A stretch of DNA of 64,000 nt, from contig OZ360250.1 in assembly GCA_977017645.1 (NCBI GenBank), forward strand, positions 36,146,001 through 36,210,000. Direction: 5' to 3'. The notes beneath the pieces are model-generated. The model saw nothing but the letters and a program-made list of their open reading frames with translations, had not been told where the DNA came from and did no database searches. Source of the stretch: Torpedo marmorata (Eukaryota). The translations under genes were made by a program, and so were the position numbers. Below, piece after piece: positions 34,148 through 47,149 of this stretch. Each line of letters starts with the position of its first letter. Positions within the stretch are counted from its first letter, which is position 1.

Positions 34148-34995
34148 AAGATTCAAGATTCAATTTATTGTCATAGTAATAAGACAGTGTCATATTCCAT
34201 GAAATTTCTTTTTGCCTGCTGCAAGGCAGACAGATTCGCCACTGGCAGAAATTGCCTAAGTGCCTCTAACATTCCTTACAGTCAGAAAAAGAGAAGCAAA
34301 AGAGAGTTCCCCCAGAATCACCAAGTGTCCGTAGATTCGCCTCCAGCGCTTCCGCAGCCACACAGAGTCCAGTCCAAACCATGGCAACCCGAGCTCCAGA
34401 TCTGAACCTCCGACACGGTCAGGGCGCCCTCGGCACCCCCTCGCATCCCGGTTCCGATACCTGGTACTCCTCCAGCCAGATCGAGCTAGCCTCCAGCAGT
34501 CTGCAGCCCGGCGTGAGTCCCCCGACAGCAGTCTCCAGCAGCCCACAGCCTCCGCGGGTTCCTGGCCTCGAGTCGCCAGCAGCCCGCCGCATGCACTGTT
34601 CCTTCTGCCTCAGATCCCCTCACCGGTCCGCCGCCGTGGTCACCGTCTCGTGGGTTGTCTCCTCCACTTCTCCTTCTCAGACGGGGGTGATCTTCCCGTC
34701 CTCTGGTGCCCTGCTCCAGTCCTCCGCTTCCCCGGAGTCTGCAGCCCCTCGTGGCTGCTGCTGGTTAAAAGGCGCTGCCATCTTGGGCGCAGACCCCGCG
34801 GTCGCGGGATCGTAAATAAAACCACCGTCTGCTCCCTCAACGGGCCGTTCAAAGCCCGTGCGGAACCGACGGCAGTCGACTGGGCGGTTGGACCCTGCGG
34901 GAGCGCTGTATCTCCGCTCCCAAGCTCCCCACGGGTCCGCACCAGCAGCAGCGCTGCCGTTACAGCGGCTCCGGCAGCGCCGCCATCTTCCTTCT
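34148..34995 (-). mobile_element. Non-autonomous retroelement: CpG-rich head plus a Rex1-like AATAAA(GAATCTT)n tail
   Basis: Minus strand starts agaaggaagatggcggcg and ends aataaattgaatcttgaatctt; no RT ORF and no tRNA boxes. Confidence 0.5.
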
Positions 34996-35280
34996 ATGTG
35001 CACCTAGTAGTTTTACTTTTGAAATAATGTTGTATCGGCCACTGCTTGGAGTTAGGCATCTTCAATAAAGGGTGTTTTAGTTATTTGCTTTTGCAAGGAG
35101 AAACACCCAACAGCCAATGGAAACAACACCATTCAGGTTAGGATCCTTTGCGAGGCCACCAGTGTGAAGGCTTGTCACCTCTCTACAAGGAGCAGCGAAG
35201 CGATGCCTCCATCTGAAATCCCATCGTCATGATGCCAGATGGGATTGAGTGCAAGACTAGATGTGTTTTGTATCAGTTTA

Positions 35281-37205
35281 AGAACATACGAAATAGGAGC
35301 AGGAGTCGGCCATCCGGCCCGTCGAGCCTGCTCCGCCATTCAATGAGATCATGGCTGATCCGATGATAGGCTCAGCTCCATCTACCTGCCTTTTCCTCAT
35401 ATCCCTTAATTCCCTTACTATGTAAAAATCTATCCAACCTTGTCTTAAATATATTTACTGAGGTAGCCTCCACTGCTTCAATGGGGAGTGAATACCCTCT
35501 GGGAAAAGCAGTTCCTCCTCAGCTCCTTTCTAACTTTACTACCCTGAATCTTGAGGCTATGTCCCCCATTTCTAGTCTCCCTCATCAATGAAAACAACTT
35601 ACCTACCTTATCTATGTCTTTCATAATTTTATACATTTCTATAAGATCCCCTCTCATTCCTCTAAATTCCAGTGAGTACAGTCCCAGACGACTCAATCTC
35701 TCCTCATAGGCTAACCCCCTCATCTCTGGAATCAACCTGGTGAACCTCTTCTGCATCGCCTCCAAAGCCAGTACATCCTTCCTCAAGTAAGGAGACCAGA
35801 ATTGTTCGCAGTACTCCAGATGCGGCCTCACCAGTACCTTGTACAGTTGCAGCATAATCTCCCTGCTCTTAAATTCAATCTCTCTAGCAATGAAGGCTGT
35901 TATGGACCATGACTGACCATTTGGACTGTGGACGGTCAGCAGGAAGGATGAAGTCTTTTGGAGTACACACTGGGACCTGGTACTGAAAGAGTTAACTTGC
36001 CCAGGACTTCTTGTACTTACCAGAGAGAGACACCAGGGGGAGACAGACTGTGGAAAGATATACTTGGTTGGACTTTTGAAAAGGCAGGTGAAGACCTCTG
36101 CAGGAAGGTCTTAAAGTTCAGTCGTGGAAAACTGAATCAGTGGCAGTTTGGAGTTGCAAAGGCGGGAGAACCCAGCAAAATCCAGGCTTGTGCATCCCAG
36201 AGGAAAATGCTGAGAGAAGAGTACAGAGCCTCCTGAATCAGCAAAATCCAGGCTTGTGCATCATAGGGGAAAAGGCTGGGAGAAATACAAGGACTTAGTG
36301 ATTCAGCAAAATCCTGAGTTGAAGGCAACTTTTGTGAAGAACAGGCGTGAGATCAGCGAGACAGGCTGTGAGATCCAAGTACACGCCTCAATCCAAAACG
36401 GATTTGGAGTCGCAATCCTTGTGAAACTACCAGAAGGGAAAGTCATCAGAGAAGAAAAGCAGGCCAAGCATTCGTAAGCATAAACAGTCATTGTCTCTCT
36501 CTCCAACGTTCATTAAGAAGTCCTTCTTGCCAGCACACAGAGCTGAATTTGGACCCTGAACATAGAGAGTGAAATTTTGTGGACTGTATTTTTGGGACTG
36601 ATTTGTTTTTATGACTAACCTGGGGTTTTTGGGGAAGGTTTTCCATTTTTACATGAGGGTTGGGCACAGACTGTAATGGTCTGGGCTTTACACACACACA
36701 CATACCTTTTAGATAAGAATAGTGTTTATAGACGTTTATAGTGGGGTTAATTGTTGTGAAATTATATGTTTAATTGTCTTTAATAAATATAAATTTCAAT
36801 TTTACCCCTTTTGCATTGCGTCTTCTGTCATTGCTGGTTTGAATTTGTAACAAGGCCAACATTCCATTTGCCTTCTTGATAGCCTGCTGCACCTGCAAAC
36901 CAACCTTTTGCGATTCATGCAGCAGCACTCCCAAGTCCTTCTGCATGGCAGCATGCTGCAATCACTTGCCATGTAAATAATATTCTGGTCTTCCATTTTT
37001 CTTTCCAAAGTGGATAGCCTCACATTTCCCAACATTGTACTCCATCTGCCAGACCCTTGCCCACTCACTTAACCTATCTATATCTCTCTGCAGACTCTCC
37101 GTATCCTCTGCACAATTTGCTTTTCCACTCAATTTAATGTCATCAGCAAACTTAGATACGCTACACACTGTCCCCTCTTCCACATCATGAATGTATATCA
37201 TGAAC
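35281..37205 (-). mobile_element. CR1 LINE 3' part, interrupted by a solo LTR
   Basis: ORFs 36962..37201 (SKFADD) and 35478..35855 (RPHLEYC); continuous across the LTR (atgaaggc|caacattcc). Confidence 0.9.
35898..36852 (+). mobile_element. Solo LTR (955 bp) related to the Gmr1-like element LTRs
   Basis: Starts tgttatggaccat and ends gaatttgtaaca, like the LTRs at 11543 and 22306 but in opposite orientation; 4-bp TSD AGGC (35894-35897, 36853-36856). Confidence 0.88.
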
Positions 37206-38104
37206 AGATTGCTGCTGTATGTGCAGAGACAGCTAATTAATATTAAATCTGGCCAAAATGATTGAGCTTAACAAGGTTATTGGTTTGATAGAGAAATAAT
37301 ATGCAAGGCAACGGGCTCCCTACACTCTGGGCCGCCTGTGATACAGAGACAAAAACAATAAACCAACTGGAGTGAAAAATCATTCGTCGATGGGCATACT
37401 GTCAGCTCCAGCCAATCCAATAGGAGGTGCAGTTGAAATCTCTTATTTTAATTAAACCATTACAAAAAGGGTCACTATTAATTCTCTCTGTTAAATAAAG
37501 TTTAAATTCTGGTTAAAAAGAGATATTGCTCTAAGGCACTGGCATACAGTATTTCATGTTCCTCATCGAACTGATTGAGGCACAAATTAATTAAGATGTT
37601 TAGTTAAAACTTGGTTTAGAAGCATTGACAGCTCAGGGCAACTCCATACTTCATGTGAATCTAAAATCAGATAAAAAATGTAGTGAAATATGCCTGTTGG
37701 AATCTGGTGTCCCTGGGATTTTGGCAGCCCAGAGGTTAGTCTCTTGAACAGATAAACATTTCACTCCTGTTCTTCTGAGAAGTTTTTGTTTATTCTCTTC
37801 CAACAAGTCCAGAGGACAATCTGTTTTTTTGGGAGCAGTGAGATAAAGCGACAGAGAAAACGGATCCCAGGGACTGTGGAACCGAATGCCAAAGGAATGA
37901 TCATGTTAGAAGGGAGTAAATCATTCACTAACATGAGGCAGCAATGCAAGTACCTTATTTTTATGTCTAAAATAAAGCTAGCCTCACCTTTGCTTGTGAG
38001 TTCACCATACTGAGAAACCAAACAGATTAGTGACCCTTTTACATGGTCTGTCAGTAAAGGAATAAGATCCCGTTCACATATCAAGGGGGTTTGATTTGGT
38101 ACCA

Positions 38105-38385
38105 AGGTCACACAGCAGAACAACAGCCCACTGAGTCCGGGCAAGACCATCAAGCACCCAGCCTCACTCATCCCATTTTATCCCTCCCACCTTCCCATGA
38201 TACTACCACCGTCTTGCATAAAAGGGGCAATTATCCCAACACCCTGCAGGGCTGCTCCTCCGGAACGAGGAGCACGCGGAGAAGGTCACAGGGAGAACGT
38301 GCAAACTCTACACGGAGGGCAGGACTGAACGCAGATCATCGATGCTGAGTAGCAGCAGCTCTAACGTCCACGCCTCTGCCACCAA
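38105..38385 (-). mobile_element. Old degenerate V-SINE-like element
   Basis: ggtcacagggagaacgtgcaaactctacac is the reverse complement of the V-domain core. Confidence 0.55.
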
Positions 38386-38489
38386 CACGATAACCCCACT
38401 CACGCTGCTCACCCACGGCACTTACAAAAGCCCTGCAGCTCTATGATCATATTCTCATAGTGCTCTCTCCCTGCCTCTTACACCTTCTA

Positions 38490-39016
38490 TTAAGTCAAGT
38501 TTATTATCATCTGATTCCACAAGTACAACCCGACGAAACAGCGTCCTCCGGTCCTCAGTGCAAAATACACAGACACACAACCAGACACATACAGACAAAC
38601 AATTCATATGCAGGTCATGTATTCATATGTACAAATAAATAAATAATTGTTTTTGTAAATATGAGAGTCTCGGATTGTTAGTGTGAGCAGTTCCTTTGGT
38701 TGTTCAGCATTCTCACTGCCCGTGGGAAGAAGCTGTTTCTCAGTCTGGTGGTGCTGGCTCTGATACTCCTGTATCTCTTTCCCAATGGGAGTAGCTGAAA
38801 AACGTGAGTGGAAGGGGTCCTCAATGATTTTGCACGCCCTCTCCAGACAACGATCCTGGTATCACGTTGATGGAGGGGGATCACTCCAGTGATCCTCTCT
38901 GCCACTCTTATGGTCCTGTGGATTGACCTCCAATCCATTTCTCTGCAGCAACCGTACCACAGTGTGATGCAGCCGACCACAATGTTCTCAATGGAGCTCC
39001 TGTAGAAGGTTGACAT
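38490..39016 (-). mobile_element. Rex1/Babar 3' fragment (ACTTG-tail subfamily)
   Basis: STFYRSSIEN...GKRYRSIRASTTRLRNSFFPRAVRMLN. Confidence 0.85.
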
Positions 39017-39059
39017 CCTATACCCTCTCACCGTTGGGCCACTCCTTCAGGTTCTTCCA

Positions 39060-39228
39060 CCCTTCATAGACGTAATATCACCTCCCTTCTCTCTATTCTT
39101 GATAAAGGGTCCAGACCCGAAATGTTGACCAATCATTTCTAGCCATGGATGCTGACTGACTTGCTGACTTCCTCTGGCAATTCTTTGTCTGCTCGAGATT
39201 TCAGCATCTGCGGCTTTTGTGTTTCTCT
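39060..39228 (+). mobile_element. Degenerate Penelope 3' end with a decayed hammerhead-like motif
   Basis: tcttgataaagggtccagacccgaaatgttgacc...gatgctgactgacttgctga...cagcatctgc. Confidence 0.55.
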
Positions 39229-40168
39229 AAGATAACTTGTCTGTTTGATGCCACTAAGGCGAGGGATTATTGAACTTTAACAGTGCAATTATTTTTAAAG
39301 CAGGAGCTGAATTTCACGTGCATGTTCCAAAGCCATCAGCCTTTTGGTGAGTTTTCACCCATTTGAAATGCCTCAGGTTGGATCCAATATTTCTGCACAG
39401 AAGGGAAGGTTTATTGAGAGGCCATGAATATGATCAAAATGAGCTATACTCGATTTAACGAGGAACTCAGTTTGTTTCAGCATTTGGCCTGTTCTATCCT
39501 GTCGATTGTGCAATTGGTGGTGTTTGTGTTGTTCATGTCGATAACCATGGGGGAGATGGATCATTTCCTGATTCAGCAATGACACAGAATAAAGCATGTT
39601 CAGGTGAAGGAAAAAGGCGCACAGTTTGTCAGTCATACAATGTCCCAAAGTAGTGCCAAAGAGTTTTTCATATTCTTAAATTCTCAATGCAGATATATAA
39701 AACCATCTCATTGCTAGAGAAAACTCATCAGAAACACGGAGCTTTTGAATAAATCATGTTTTTAGGTTACAATCAAAATCAACTTCATTCTTAATTTGTG
39801 CTTGGATCACAAAATCGTCATAGGACAACTGAAGATGGCTCTTTTATTTTCTAAAGGCATTCTAACTGGCAGGTTACATGCCAGTTAAGACAAGCAATCA
39901 TCAAACCTAATGATGAAAATCCAGGGGTCAGAACTAATTATCCAAATAGAAATCTCACCCTGACAGATGGGGAATTTAAACTTGGCACAATGATCTGGAA
40001 TCATAACAAAAATAGTCCCAGCAATGGAGCCTACTAGATTGTCACAAAACACATCTGGTTTTGAAGACATCCTTCATCTGTTTGGCCTGTATGCGAGTCC
40101 AGGCCATGCCAACATGTTTCTTGGAATGGCCCAGCGCAAACCACTTGGTTCCATCAAGAAGGCTCAGC

Positions 40169-40632
40169 TTTAGCTGTTTCAAAGAAATGCATTGCTATAC
40201 ATGGAAGTCTGATGTAGATTTAGGGTTAGAGAGATGGCATGCAGAACTTCGTTCTGCTATACCACTTGAAAAAATTACTTATAATTTACGTAATAAATAT
40301 CATTTCTTTTTGAAAATATGGAGCCCATATATAAAAACTGTTGGTTTAATGATTTGAAGATCTCTGGATATCAAATCTGACTGGCGAACCTTTGTTCCAC
40401 AATAAAATTAGCCTATAGTTGTTCTTTTTTAGATTGACATTCTCCTTACTTTATCTTTTTCTTTCTTTCTTTCTTTCTTTCTTTCTATTTTATTAGAATA
40501 GTAAGGGTGAGAGGGTTAAGGAGGGGAGGGAGGGAGGGGGGTGAAAATATATCACGTATTTTGATAATTTTGCATTTTACAATATGTATTATCGAGTGAT
40601 TAAAAATGTTAAATAACATTTTTTTTTAAAAT
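40169..40632 (+). mobile_element. 3' end of the AT-rich L1 family, inserted in an old SINE
   Basis: TWKSDVDLGLERWHAELRSAIPLEKITYNLRNKY; TSD aaggctcagc at 40159-40168 and 40633-40642. Confidence 0.87.
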
Positions 40633-40701
40633 AAGGCTCAGCACTAACTTCTCCAGGGCAATTTGTCATGGTCAATAAATGACACCCATCTGTAACCAAT
40701 G

Positions 40702-41125
40702 GAGGATCTCTGGGATCTTCCAACCACCCCATCGACGTGATCTACCGGGATAGTTGTCTGAAGAGGGCACGCAAAATCGTTGAGGACCCCTTCCACCCTG
40801 CACACAGCATCTTTCAGCTGCTCCCATCGGGGAAGAGATACAGGAGTATCAGAGCCAGCACCACCAGGCTGAGGAACAGCTTCTTCCCACGGGCAGTGAG
40901 AATGCTGAACGACCAAAGGAACTGCTCACACTAACCATCTGAGACTCTCATATTCACAAAACAATATTTATTTGTATATCTGAATACTTGTTCTGCCTAT
41001 GTATTGTTTGTCTGTATGTGTGTTATGTCTGGTTATATGTCTGCGTGTTTTGCACCGAGGACCAGAGAACGCTGTTTCGGCAGATTGTACTTGTGTAATT
41101 GGATGATAATAAACTTGAACTTGAA
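40702..41125 (+). mobile_element. Rex1/Babar 3' fragment
   Basis: ORF 40737..40934; tail aataaacttgaacttgaa. Confidence 0.85.
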
Positions 41126-41210
41126 TACGATAGATATCAAATGGTTAGTAATAGGTTATTGTTAGAGATAAGACGTTTAACTTAATTTGACGTCAGAATC
41201 TCTGGGATTA

Positions 41211-44200
41211 GAACATGGAACACTACATCACAGTACAGGCCCTTCGGCCCTCGATGTTGTGCCGACCCATATATTCCTAAAAAAAAAAACGAAACCAACA
41301 CTACCCCGTAACCCTCCACTTTTCATCCATCCATGGGCCTGTCTAAGAGTCTCTTAAATGCCCCTAATGTTTCAGCCTCCACCACCATCCATGGCAAGGC
41401 ATTCCAGGTACCCACAACTCTCTCTGTAAAAACTTACCCCCGATGTCTCCCCTAAACATTCCTCCCTTCACTTTGCACAGATGTCCTCTGGTGTTTGCTA
41501 TTCCTGCCCTGGGAAACAGGCGCTGGCTGTCAACCCTATCTATACCTCTCATAATCTTGTAGACCTCTATTAAGTCTCCTCTCATCCTTCTACGCTCCAA
41601 AGAGAAAAGTCCCAGCTCTGCTAACTTTGCCTCATAAGACTTATTTTCCAATCCAGGTAACATCCTGGTAAATCTCCTCTGCACCCTCTCCATAGCTTCC
41701 ATTTCCTTCCTGTAATGAGGTGACGAGAACTGAACACAATACTCTAAATGTGCTCTTACCAGAGATTTGTAGAGTTGTAACATGACCTCTCTTCTCATGA
41801 ACTCAATCCACATAGGCCTTCTTAACTATCCTATCAACCTGTGCGGTGACCTTGAGGGATGTATGGATTTGAACCCAAAGGTCCCTCTGTTCATCCACAC
41901 TCTTAAGTAACTGACCATTAACCCTGTACTCAGCCTTCTGGTTTGTCCTTCCAAAATGCATCACCTCACACTTATCCGGATTGAATTCCATCTGCCACTT
42001 TTCTGCCCAACTCTGCATCCTGTCTATATCCTCTTGTAACCTTCGACAACCTTCAGCTCCATCCACAACTCCTCCAACCTTCGTGTCATCCGCAAACTTA
42101 CTGACCCATCCTTCCGTCTTTTCATCCAGGTCATTTATAAAAATCACAAAGAGCAGGGGTCCCAGAACAGATTCTTGCGGCACCTCCAGGCAGAATACTT
42201 TCCTTCCACTGCTACCTTCTGCTTTCTTCCTGCAAGCCAATTTTTTATCCACACAGCCAAGGTTCCACTGATCCCGTGCCTCATGACTTTCTGGATGAGT
42301 CTCTCATGGGGGACCTTGTCAAATGCCTTACTAAAATCCATGTAGACCACATCTACCGCCTTACACTCATCAATTTCTTTTGTTATCTCCTCAAAAAACT
42401 CAATTAGGCATGTGAGGCACGACCTTCCCTTCACAAAGCCATTCTGACTATCCTTGAATAGACTGTACTTCTCCAAATTCTCATAGATCCTATCCTTAAG
42501 AATCCTCTCCAATAGTTTGCACACCACTGACGTAAGACTCACCAGTCTATAATTCCCAGGATTCTCCCTATTACCTTTTATAAACAAGGGGACTACATTG
42601 GCCATTCTCCAATCCTCCGGCACCTCCCCTGCTACCAAAGAGGACTCAAAGATCATAGCTATTGCCCCAGCTATCTCTTCTCTCACTTCCAACAGCAACC
42701 TGGGGTATATCACGTCTGGCCCTGGGGACTTATCAATCTTGATGTTTTTAAGAAGATCCAACACTTCCACTTCCTTAATCTACACATTGTCCAGCACACA
42801 AGCTTGTTCTGTTCTGACCTCACCCTGATCAAGGTCCTTTTCTCTTGTAAATACTGAAGCAAAGTATTCATTTAGGACCTCCCCAACCTCCTCCGCCTCC
42901 TGGCACATGTTGCCTCCTTTATCCTTTAGCGGCCCCACCTTCATTCTCGTAATCCTTCTGTTCTTCACATACGCATAGAACGCCTTGGGGTTCTCCCCAA
43001 GGCCTTCTCATGCCCCCTTCGAGCTCTCCTAAGTCCTTTCTTAAGCTCCTTCCTGGCTACCATATAGTTCTCATGAGCCCTTCCTGTTTCCTGCTTCCTA
43101 TATCTAATATATGCTTCCTTCTTCCTTTTGACTAGTTGCTTCACCTGTTTCGACAGCCATGGTTCCTTTTTCCTACCATCTTTTCCTTGTCCCAATGGGA
43201 CAAACCTTTCCTGAACCCAGCAAAAGTGGTCCCTAAACTTCCTCCACATCATTTCTGTGCTTTCACCCTTGAACATGTTTCCAATTTACTCTTGCTAGTT
43301 CCTGCCTCATCCCTTCGTAATTAGCCCTTTCCCAATTAAGCACTTTCCCATTTTGTCTGTTTTTATCCTTTTCCATAGCTATGCTGAAGCTGAGGGAGTT
43401 GTGATCACTCTCACCAAAATGCTCCCCCACCGAGAGGTCCGCCACCTGACCAGGTTCATTAGCCAGAACTAGATCCAGTATGGCCTCTCCTCTCGTCGGC
43501 CGGTCCACATACTGTGTCAGGAATTCTTCTTGAACACACCTGACAAATTCAGCCCCATCCATCCCTCTTGCAGTCAGGGGGTGCCAGTCAATATTAGGGA
43601 AGTTGAAATTACCCATAACTACAACCCTGTATTTCCGGCACCATTCTAAAATTTGCCTGCTTATCTGCTCTTCGGTGTCCCGAGGGCTATTTGGGGGCCT
43701 ATAGACTACTCCCAGCACAGTGATTGCTTCCTTCCTATTTCTAACTTCCACCCACACCGACTCAGTGTACACTCCCTCTGTAGCATCCTCCCTTTCTATA
43801 GCCGTGATACTATCCCTGACCAGTAATGCTACTCACCCCACCCCCTCTCCTACCTCCCATCCTATTCCTTTTAAAACACCTAAACCCCGGTACCTGCATC
43901 AGCCAATCCTGCCCTTCCTCCAGCCAAGTTTCAGTAACGGCTACAACATCATAGTTCCACGTACTGATCCAGGCTCTAAGTTCATCCCCTTTATTCCTAA
44001 TACACCTAGCGTAGAAATAGACACAGTTCAACCCCTCTAAGTGGCTACATTTATGTTTTGTCCCCTGCCTGTCCTTCCTCACAAACTCAGAACACATGCC
44101 ATCCCTTTCAGAGCGGCAGGCAGTGACCAGTGGGGTACCGCAAAGTTCGGTGCTGGGACCACAGCTGTTTACAATATACATTAATGATTTAGATGAAGGG

Positions 44201-46267
44201 ATTAAAAGTAACATTAGCAAATTTGCAGATGACACGAAGCTGGGTGGCAGTGTGAAATGTGAGGAGGATGTTATGAGAATGCAGGGTGACTTGGACAGGT
44301 TGGGTGAGTGGGCAAATGCATGGCAGATGCAGTTTAATGTGGATAAATGTGAGGTTATCCACTTTGGTGGCAAGAACAGGGAGGCGGATTACTATCTGAA
44401 TGGTGTCAAGTTAGGAAAAGGGGAAGTACAACGAGATCTCGGTGTCCTTGTTCATCAGTCACTGAAAATAAGCATGCAGGTACAGCAGGCAGTGAAGAAA
44501 GCTAATGGCATGTTGGCCTTCATAACAAGGGGAGTTGAGTATAAGAGTAAAGAGGTCCTTCTGCAGTTGTACAGGGCCCTGGTGAGGCCACACCTGGAGT
44601 ATTGTGTGCAGTTTTGGTCTCCAGGTTTGAGGAAGGACATTCTTGCTATTGAGGGAGTGCAGCATAGGTTCACGAGATTAATTCCCGGGATGGCAGGACT
44701 GCCATATGTTGAAAGATTGGAGCGATTGGACTTGTATACACTGGAATTTAGAAGGATGAGAGGGGATCTGATTGAAACATATAAGATTATTAAGGGATTG
44801 GACACACTAGAGGCAGGAAACATGTTCCCGATGTTGGGGAAGTCGAGAACCAGAGGCCACAGTTTAATAATAAGGGGTAGGCCATTTAGAACGGAGTTGA
44901 GGAAAAACTTTTTCACCCAGAGAGTTGTGGATCTGTGGAATGCTCTGCCTCAGAAGGCAGTGGAGGCCAATTCTCTGGATGTTTTCAAGAAAGAGTTAGA
45001 TAGAGCTCTTAAAGATAGTGGAGTCAAGGGATATGGGGAGAAGGCAGGAACGGGGTACTGATTGTGGATGATCAGCCATGATCACAGTGAATGGCGGTGC
45101 TGGCTCGAAGGGCCGAATGGCCTACTCCTGCACCTATTGTCTATTATCATGCTTTTGACCTTCTGCCCTAATCTCTACACTCACATTCTGATTCCCACCC
45201 GCCCGCCAAACTAGTTTAAACCCTCCCCAACAGCTCTAGCAAACCTGCCCGACAGTATATTGGTCCCTTTCCAGTTCAGGTGCAGCCTGTCCTTTTTGTC
45301 CAGGTCAGACCTTCCCCAGAATAGATCCCAATGATCCACAAATCTGAACCCCTGCCCCAACTCTTCAGCCACGCATTCATCTGCCACAACTTCCTATTCC
45401 TACCCTCTCTGGAGCGTGACACAGGCTTTAATCCTGAGATTACCACCCTTGAGGTCCTGCTTTTTAACTTCTTTCCTAACTCCCTGTATTCCCTCTTCAG
45501 GACCACATCCCTACTCCTATCTTGGTCATTAGTCCCCATGTGGACCGCAACATCCGGCTGCTCACCCTCCCCCTCCAGAATGCTGTCAACTCGATCAGAG
45601 ACGTCCCTGACCCTGGCACCTGGGAGGCAACATACCATCTGGGAGCCTCGATCTCGTTCACCAAACGTCCTATCTGCTCTCCTAACCAATGAGTCCCCAA
45701 TTACCATAGCTCTTCTCTTCTTCCCCCCTTCCCTTCTGAGCTGAGCGGCCAGCCGCTGCGCCCGAGACGTGACCACAACGGCTTGTCCCTGGTAGATCGT
45801 CCCCCCCAACAGTATCCAAAACAGTATACTTGTTGAGGGGAACAGCCACAGGGGTGCTCTGCACTGTCTGCCTAATCCCTTTCCCTCTCCTAACAGTCAC
45901 CCAGTTACCTGTCTCCTGACGTTTAGGGGTGACTGTCTCCCTGAAGCTCCTCCCTATCACTTCCTCTGCCTCCCAAATGATCCGGAGATCATCCAGCTCC
46001 AATTCCCTAACTCGATCTCCCAGAAGCTGCAGCTGGATGCACCTCTTGCAGGTGTAGTCATCAGTGACAATTGTGCTGTCCCAGATTTCCCACATCCTGC
46101 AATCGGAGCATTCCACTGCCCTAGCTGCTGTCTCCATTAATTCTTCCTAATTTAAATTCAAAGATCTTAACTTACTGGAATCAAGCTCGTCCTCAGCTTC
46201 GTGAGACAAAGCCTCGTGAGACAAAGCCTCTAAGTCCCACTCCTACCCTGAGCCACTCACACACTGC
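41211..46267 (-). mobile_element. Essentially full-length CR1 LINE (ORF1 esterase plus ORF2 APE-RT, frameshifted) with a nested CR1
   Basis: ORF1 pieces 45682..46137 and 45276..45809 (CSDC...CKRC, IGDSLVR, GTND); ORF2 pieces from ~44040 to 41364 (VTETWL, VYRPPN, GNFN, SDHN, KFADDT). Confidence 0.92.
44106..45146 (+). mobile_element. Young 5'-truncated CR1 nested between ORF1 and ORF2 of the host CR1
   Basis: Uninterrupted ORF 44096..45061 (SGVPQSSVLGP, KFADDTK, RPHLEYCVQFW); tail cctattgtctatt. Confidence 0.92.
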
Positions 46268-46352
46268 TTTGGATAAATTCCCAAGTGGATTATGCTTTGA
46301 CTTGTAGGACTGGTGTTTGAAGGAATGCGACAACACAACTTAAAATTATCTT

Positions 46353-46579
46353 CACAGAAATAATGAAGGAACTCAGCAGGTCTCGCAGCATCCATAGGAG
46401 GCAAGATATATAACCAACGTTTCAGGCTTGAGGCCTTCGTTATACCTTGAAGGGATCAGGCCCGAAAAGTCGGTAATATATCTTTACCTCCTATGGACGC
46501 TGCGAGACCAGATGAGTTCCTCCAGCATTTCTGTGTTTTTACTGCAATCACAGCGTCTGCAGACTTTCGTGTTTCACTC
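46353..46579. mobile_element. Short Penelope-end palindrome with two decayed hammerhead-like motifs
   Basis: gaactcagcaggtctcgcagcatccataggagg pairs with cctcctatggacgctgcgagaccagatgagttc; ccttgaagggatcaggcccgaaaagtcgg. Confidence 0.7.
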
Positions 46580-46609
46580 CTCAGAATCATCTTCTATGGT
46601 TGAAGCGAA

Positions 46610-47130
46610 CAGTTTTGAACAAAATGGGATGTGACCTGACCGGTGTTTTGTTACAGGTGTGGCCACAGTTGGCACATAGGCCAACATCTGTCTTGTCCTA
46701 AACCTGTTCAGTAAATCCCATCAACAATAGGGCGTTGAAAGCAGTAGGCAGACCATGCTCTCAGTGACAAGACACCTGTTAGTGACGTGACGATCTAGTT
46801 CTTCTGCCAGAGTGTCTTTATGGTGCTTGGACCACATCCTGTAAGTGATGGACACAAGATGCCAGGCCCCAACACGGCGGCGGGTAGCCCATGGTTCCAC
46901 AGAAGCTGCTATGTGGCCAACAGCATGCTCCAGTGCCTTTGTACTGCAGCTCGGAATTGTGGAACATGCTGGAGGTGTGATTCACTGTTCCATCAGCCAC
47001 GAGGCCTTGGTTTTGGGAACAGTTTATATCCAAATCCCATCTTTATGCCAGCCACAGCAGGTGCATCTTGCATGGCCCCATTCTTTTCATCGGTGTTTCG
47101 TAAGATTTTGTTCCTGGTTATTTGATACAG
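46610..47130 (-). mobile_element. Possible old Vingi/Ingi-like LINE 3' fragment
   Basis: Minus-strand translation contains WDLLNRFRT and ends near HIPFC; heavily degraded. Confidence 0.3.
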
Positions 47131-47149
47131 AGCTGGAGCAGACAATATA

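Noticed and set aside
39481-39603. Possible plus-strand exon (tttcAG...cag/GTgaag) with one open frame
   Set aside because: Weak donor, no recognisable homology and no partner exons; compatible with chance.
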